A DNA stretch of 27,635 bases from Candidatus Parcubacteria bacterium (GTDB lineage: Bacteria; Patescibacteriota; Minisyncoccia; JAHIHE01; JAGLIN01): assembly GCA_023142975.1 (NCBI GenBank), contig JAGLIN010000051.1, positions 1 through 27,635 on the forward strand, in the 5' to 3' direction. This document shows, piece by piece, positions 24,934-27,635 of the stretch. Below the pieces are notes generated by a model. The model was given only the letters and a program-made list of their open reading frames with translations, was not told where the DNA came from and searched no databases. Both the position numbers and the translations under genes were made by a program. The stretch's first letter is position 1. Every line of letters begins with the position of its first letter.

Positions 24934-26052
24934 TTATTTTATTACTTTTTTATTTCTAATAATTACACGGGCGTATATGCTCATGTATAATTCTCCAGTT
25001 TCCACATTTTTAAATTTGGGATATTTGTCTTTCTCGGGATTATATAAACGATATAAAGTTCCTTTTGCATTATTTGTGAATTTTCCCGTTGATTCTCCGT
25101 CTTTTAATATTTCCATTCTTTTGTTGCAAATAAAATCAATAGAACCAACTATACCAAGAGCTATGATCTCAAACTGACCAGGATTATATTTATCCATAAA
25201 AGTGATGGGTACGCCCATTGCACCCTCATAGTCCATCGGAATATCTTTTGTAACATCTATATTAATCGCGTCATAATTATCATATTTTGGATATTTATCT
25301 TCGTTTCCATAATATGTTTTATAAAGGATTAAATCTTCGTGTCTTTCTTTATAATCTAAATTAGTATACCAACGAACCCCCTTAACTCTAATGTATTTAT
25401 TTCCATTTTCATCAATCCTACTACTAGCTGCGGTAAGTGGGTAGTCTTTAGGAACCCCAAACTCTCTATCACCGCTATGAATACTTGCTCCTAACCACAT
25501 CTTATTTTTTTTTATTAATTTAAATATTTCTTTATAGGTCAGTGCATTTAAATTTCCAATTATTACAAACTTTTTGTCGTGCTTAATTAGTTGAGCAACA
25601 TATTCTCTGAATAAAGAAAATGGTGGGTTCGTGACAACAATATCGGCTTGTTTCAAAAGTTCTAGACTTTCCTCACTCCGAAAATCTCCATCACTTCTTA
25701 AATGTTCAATTCCAATTTCTTCAAGATCAGGAACATAGTTTTCATTTTTATCTCCTTCATATTCTAAATAAATTGCTTTTTCAGAATCGTTTTGACTAAA
25801 TAAATCTACTTGCTGATTTTTATAACAAGTTGTAATTAATCTCTTCAGTCCCAATTTTTCAAAGTTATAAGAAAAGAAATGAAAAAAATTACTTACACGA
25901 GGGTCATCGCAATTACAATAAACAACTTTATTTTTAAAGTGTTTTCTGTAATGTTTTAGTTCTTTTTCAATATCAACCAGCTGAGTATAAAACTCATCTT
26001 TTTTAGCCTTGCTTGCATTGCGTAAATTTTTGTTTGAAGATATATTTGCCAT
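24934..26052 (-). CDS. Adenine-specific DNA methyltransferase, EcoRI family
   Basis: KKDEFYT, VYCNCDDP, DIVVTNPPFSLFREY and MGVPITF. Confidence 0.9.
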   Translation of the reverse strand: MANISSNKNLRNASKAKKDEFYTQLVDIEKELKHYRKHFKNKVVYCNCDDPRVSNFFHFFSYNFEKLGLKRLITTCYKNQQVDLFSQNDSEKAIYLEYEGDKNENYVPDLEEIGIEHLRSDGDFRSEESLELLKQADIVVTNPPFSLFREYVAQLIKHDKKFVIIGNLNALTYKEIFKLIKKNKMWLGASIHSGDREFGVPKDYPLTAASSRIDENGNKYIRVKGVRWYTNLDYKERHEDLILYKTYYGNEDKYPKYDNYDAINIDVTKDIPMDYEGAMGVPITFMDKYNPGQFEIIALGIVGSIDFICNKRMEILKDGESTGKFTNNAKGTLYRLYNPEKDKYPKFKNVETGELYMSIYARVIIRNKKVIK

Positions 26053-26173
26053 ATTTTTATTTTTTAAATCTATTTTTATTTTACCCTTGTTGAACTAAAA
26101 CACCCAACACTCAAAACTCCCCTTTTCCTTGCTCTTATGTTATCATTAAACCAGTAATAACTCAAGCAAAAAA

Positions 26174-27241
26174 ATGAGTAGAAAAGATAATAAAATTCAA
26201 TATTATTTAGACGAGGATTATTTATTTCTGACATTAAAATTATTAGATTATCCCAAAATGGAAAGGGGTGAGTTTACTTTTGATGAAATAAAAGCAGAAA
26301 ATTATAAACGCGCAGCGGTATCAAAAATTTTCTACGATATTGCGAATTTCAGAAACCAGGGTTTGCTGAAAATTGAGAATTTCAAATTAAATAATAGTGA
26401 CTATGCAACTACTAAAACATTAATATTAGCGATGGTAAAATTTCCTAAACATAAACTATCATTAACTCTAAATAAAATAATAAACAATAATTTTAATTTT
26501 TATGATCTTGAAATCGTTTCATCTTATAAATGCAATGATCAAGTTTTTAATTTGATTGATTTTGATATTAAAATCAGCAGAGAATCTAAGCAAATAATTA
26601 CCGATGCTCTGCAAAAATATTTAAAATTATTTGCTGATGAAGAAATAGAATCTCCGAAAAAAAACTATCTTAGAATTGAATTTCAGAAAGAAAACATTAA
26701 AAAGAAAATTGATGAGATTAGTAGAAAAACCGGACACTCTTTGGTATTAAAGAGTTCCGATTTTAATAACGAGCATAGATTTTTAGAAAGTATACTTTTA
26801 TTGGAAAGAGAAAGATTTTTAATTATAAAAAATATTAGCAGTGAAAAAAATAGGGAAGATTTATTTAACTATTTAATTAATTGTGAATCAAGAGAAAAAA
26901 GATACTCTCATCCTCCATTCTATGTTATCAAAAAAGACATGGGATTTTTAAAATTCAGTAAAAATGGAAAAGCAATAAAAATTGGCAAAACAGATTCTCA
27001 ACATTTTAGACTTTTGAAACTTTTATTAAAACCCTTTAGGAAGAAAAATGGAATTAATTATGTTTTTGAAAAGATAGAGACTAAAAGAATAAAAAAGTAT
27101 CCAGAATCAGATCTAGATGATCAAATGCGAAAACTTGAATATGTGGTAAAGGAACTTCAAAAAAAGAAAAGGTTAGGAGGACTGCTTAAAATCACTCTTG
27201 ACAAAGAAATGGAAACAATATGGATTGATTATACAAAATAA
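26174..27241 (+). CDS. Hypothetical protein with possible C-terminal winged-helix DNA-binding region
   Basis: Long ORF. The C-terminal segment (LKFSKNGKAIKIGKTDSQHFRLLKLL...LEYVVKELQKK) resembles OmpR-like wHTH regions; function is inferred only. Confidence 0.55.
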   Translation: MSRKDNKIQYYLDEDYLFLTLKLLDYPKMERGEFTFDEIKAENYKRAAVSKIFYDIANFRNQGLLKIENFKLNNSDYATTKTLILAMVKFPKHKLSLTLNKIINNNFNFYDLEIVSSYKCNDQVFNLIDFDIKISRESKQIITDALQKYLKLFADEEIESPKKNYLRIEFQKENIKKKIDEISRKTGHSLVLKSSDFNNEHRFLESILLLERERFLIIKNISSEKNREDLFNYLINCESREKRYSHPPFYVIKKDMGFLKFSKNGKAIKIGKTDSQHFRLLKLLLKPFRKKNGINYVFEKIETKRIKKYPESDLDDQMRKLEYVVKELQKKKRLGGLLKITLDKEMETIWIDYTK

Positions 27242-27271
27242 TTTCATCCAATAATTAAGATAATAAATATT

Positions 27272-27295
27272 CAGCTCATTTGAGCTGTTTTTTTT
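27272..27295 (+). terminator. Intrinsic terminator
   Basis: CAGCTC-ATTT-GAGCTG followed by T8, 30 nt past the stop. Confidence 0.75.
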
Positions 27296-27466
27296 AACGC
27301 CCCGCTATCTAACAGAATTTAGAAAAGAGGAAGTTGAAAAAAATCAACCAATACGAAGTAAATGAGGGTAATTAGCTTTATGATTTTCAGGGGTTAAAAT
27401 AACATCATCAAAAATACCTCTTTTTAGGTATAAACTACCCACGAAAAAAACTAAATACCCTCGCAT

Positions 27467-27494
27467 ACCCTCTAACTAATTTTAGTTAGAGGGT
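27467..27494. promoter_or_regulatory. Perfect inverted repeat, possible operator
   Basis: ACCCTCTAACT-AATTTT-AGTTAGAGGGT, with nearby TACCCTC copies. Confidence 0.45.
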
Positions 27495-27533
27495 TTCGTT
27501 ATTATATATAACAATGCAAATAAAATTATTTCA

Positions 27534-27635
27534 ATGCAAAAATTTTCAGAAAAATTAATCCACCAATGCCAAAGAATCATTTCAAAAAGATCCGGAGCTT
27601 TTGTGTCCGAAGATCAGGCAGAAATATATCTTGAA
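27534..27635 (+). CDS. Partial small ORF running off the window
   Basis: MQKFSEKLIHQCQRIISKRSGAFVSEDQAEIYLE... recalls small proteins I associate with CPR integrative elements (from memory, unverified). Confidence 0.45.
   Translation, partial: MQKFSEKLIHQCQRIISKRSGAFVSEDQAEIYLE

Larger units (their letters stand above)
19078..27635. mobile_element. Probable tRNA-Pro-integrated defence island (continues beyond the window)
   Basis: Bounded by the att-like fragment and packed with R-M, nuclease and ATPase genes. No integrase is visible within the window. Confidence 0.6.

Noticed and set aside
22542-25177. Short ORFs 22542..22730, 23457..23660, 23828..24034, 24686..24895, 24977..25177
   Set aside because: They lie within longer motif-supported genes and show no features of their own.

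Overview
AT-rich bacterial DNA, nearly all genes on the minus strand. It is most likely from a Patescibacteria/CPR (Parcubacteria-like) genome; this is inferred from a Cys-rich TrbC/VirB2-type pilin fusion, ribosomal protein genes without Shine-Dalgarno motifs and the gene content. There are three blocks. (1) 1-15.8 kb is an accessory block that follows rpsG where fusA would normally be, bracketed by two REP-like repeats. It holds the pilin fusion, two small membrane genes, a GAF-GAF histidine kinase divergent from a class I terpene-synthase/ComQ-like gene with a convergent geranylgeranyl-reductase gene, a chimeric half-vWA protein, a stand-alone FtsZ C-terminal-domain frame missed by the ORF track, sppA, a small-ORF/PD-(D/E)XK/DEDDh operon behind a riboswitch-like structured RNA, a zeta toxin with an unannotated partner, DUF1287 and DUF4153. 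(2) 15.9-19 kb is core: rpsG, rpsL (Thr at the E. coli K42 streptomycin position, and a long hairpin leader), a site-2 protease, rpmB (missed by the ORF track) and an AlkD-like gene. (3) From 19061 to the end is a probable integrative defence island bounded by a tRNA-Pro 3'-end att remnant. It holds an EcoRI-family MTase, DUF262-HNH, an OLD-family ATPase-TOPRIM nuclease, a membrane-anchored HerA, a UvrD C-terminal remnant, a HEPN-like protein and island regulatory genes. All calls come from motifs read by eye; no database search or folding was run.
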